DNA of 64,000 nt from Octopus sinensis (taxonomy: Eukaryota): NCBI RefSeq assembly GCF_006345805.1, contig NW_021825821.1:496001-560000 (forward strand), read 5' to 3'. Each line of letters begins with the position of its first letter. Position 1 is the first letter of the stretch. Under the pieces are notes generated by a model. The model made no database searches, was not told where the DNA came from, and saw only the letters and a program-made list of their open reading frames with translations. Of this stretch, positions 62,831-64,000 are shown in pieces. Made by a program: the position numbers and the translations under genes.

Positions 62831-64000
62831 ATTATTTTATGGAAACTTTTCATAAAAAAAATGATCAATCAATTAATCAATCAATATTCAGAAACAATGA
62901 ATTTTTTAATAATCAATCATCAAATTTCCCTGTTTTATTCCATTTTCTAAATTTCTTTTAATTCTGTTAATGACGGTTGTTGATTCAACTTCTAAAGTTT
63001 TTTCCTGATAAAAATAATTTTGTTAATTTTCAAACTATAAGTCACTTCCATGGATTCAACTCATTCTGATTAGAAATATTTTGAAAAGAATTTGCAACTG
63101 GAACCAAAGATTCGTCAACTTCTTGTCTATCATCGTCGTCAAGGTTTTCTGTTAAAATATTATTTTTATTATAACAGTCGTCTAAAATTATTTTTTATTC
63201 ATAGATCTGAAATTCCGTGGAGCAATTTATTGAATACGTTCTAAACTCTTTATCTAAAACAATTATTTCAATTGGAATTCCCTTCCAATTTGAATGTAAC
63301 TAACAATTTTGGATTGTAACTTGACTAACCTTAAACCAAATGTGCACCGATAAACGCATTTTTTACAATTAACATTTATAAACATTAAATATTTTGACTT
63401 CCGATTTAATTTTATTCAAAATATTCTAAGACTTTTCATTCAAAAACGTGAGATTTAAAACTTTTAATCAAGCTTTCAAACATTAAATGCCTACAATATT
63501 CAGTCCACCGAACGATGGTAAATATAATGTGAATATACTATTTACGTCATTTTTTAAAAGGCAACTTTGCATTTTTTGACTTCTGCTGAAAATCATCTAC
63601 TTCTAAAATCAAACTATAATAAAGTCAGCCCTAATACGTTGTTTTCTGCTCGTCGATCACAGATTTATAAAATTTATTTGATTTAAGAGATGAGAACTGT
63701 TACTTTGTATGGATTCATATAGTCATATTATTAGTTTAAATAAATACCTTTAATTATTATTATTATTTTTTGTCACCGGCCGTAGGATAGACGGCGCCGT
63801 TGAGTGGACACTAAGCAATATTTTTAATTAAAAATATTTTTACAATAATAATCTCCATTAAAAAATCAAAATTATTTAAATAATTTATTACATATTCCTA
63901 ATTTTTGTTTAAATTAAGAATCGCGTGAGAATGGTTTTGTTGTATCTATTGCAATCCTTTGTTGAAAAATTAATTAATTATATTGAAACTGGCTTGATAG

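Noticed and set aside
63300-63700. LYLPSFGGLNIVG resembling an L1/Tx1 C-terminal motif (minus strand)
   Set aside because: Single short motif amid stops; cannot be supported

Overview
AT-rich eukaryotic (very probably animal) nuclear DNA using the standard code. Compact genes are cut by extremely short GT-AG introns (nearly all 23-32 nt, mostly 24-28 nt) and interleaved with dense transposon debris. Splicing by hand recovers BMS1, a divergent eIF2-gamma (EIF2S3), CFAP91, BCCIP, ILRUN, DYNC2LI1, a UBF/UBTF-like HMG protein, an EXC-4-type CLIC, GHITM, ETFA and a DRGH-type nonspecific nuclease. Weaker calls are a bMERB protein, a disrupted VWA5A, a hexosaminidase N-terminal piece and a coiled-coil gene. 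The ~26-nt introns plus ciliary and animal-type genes suggest a dicyemid-like lineage (inference only). Mobile DNA comprises three Buster-type hAT elements with perfect 8-bp TSDs, a pogo/Tigger element, about 13 CRE-like RT-RLE pieces, Jockey/I-type and RTE LINEs, and R4/Dong-like RLE pieces resembling microsporidian elements. Most notable: (1) a hAT sits inside the last coding exon of GHITM, and GT/AG sites near its ends could splice it out in frame; (2) two hAT transposases carry host-type 25-28 nt introns; (3) housekeeping genes switch from A/C-rich to G/T-rich along their length, in introns as well as codons. All gene models, family names and counts were made by eye without alignments, and some frameshifts may be assembly errors.
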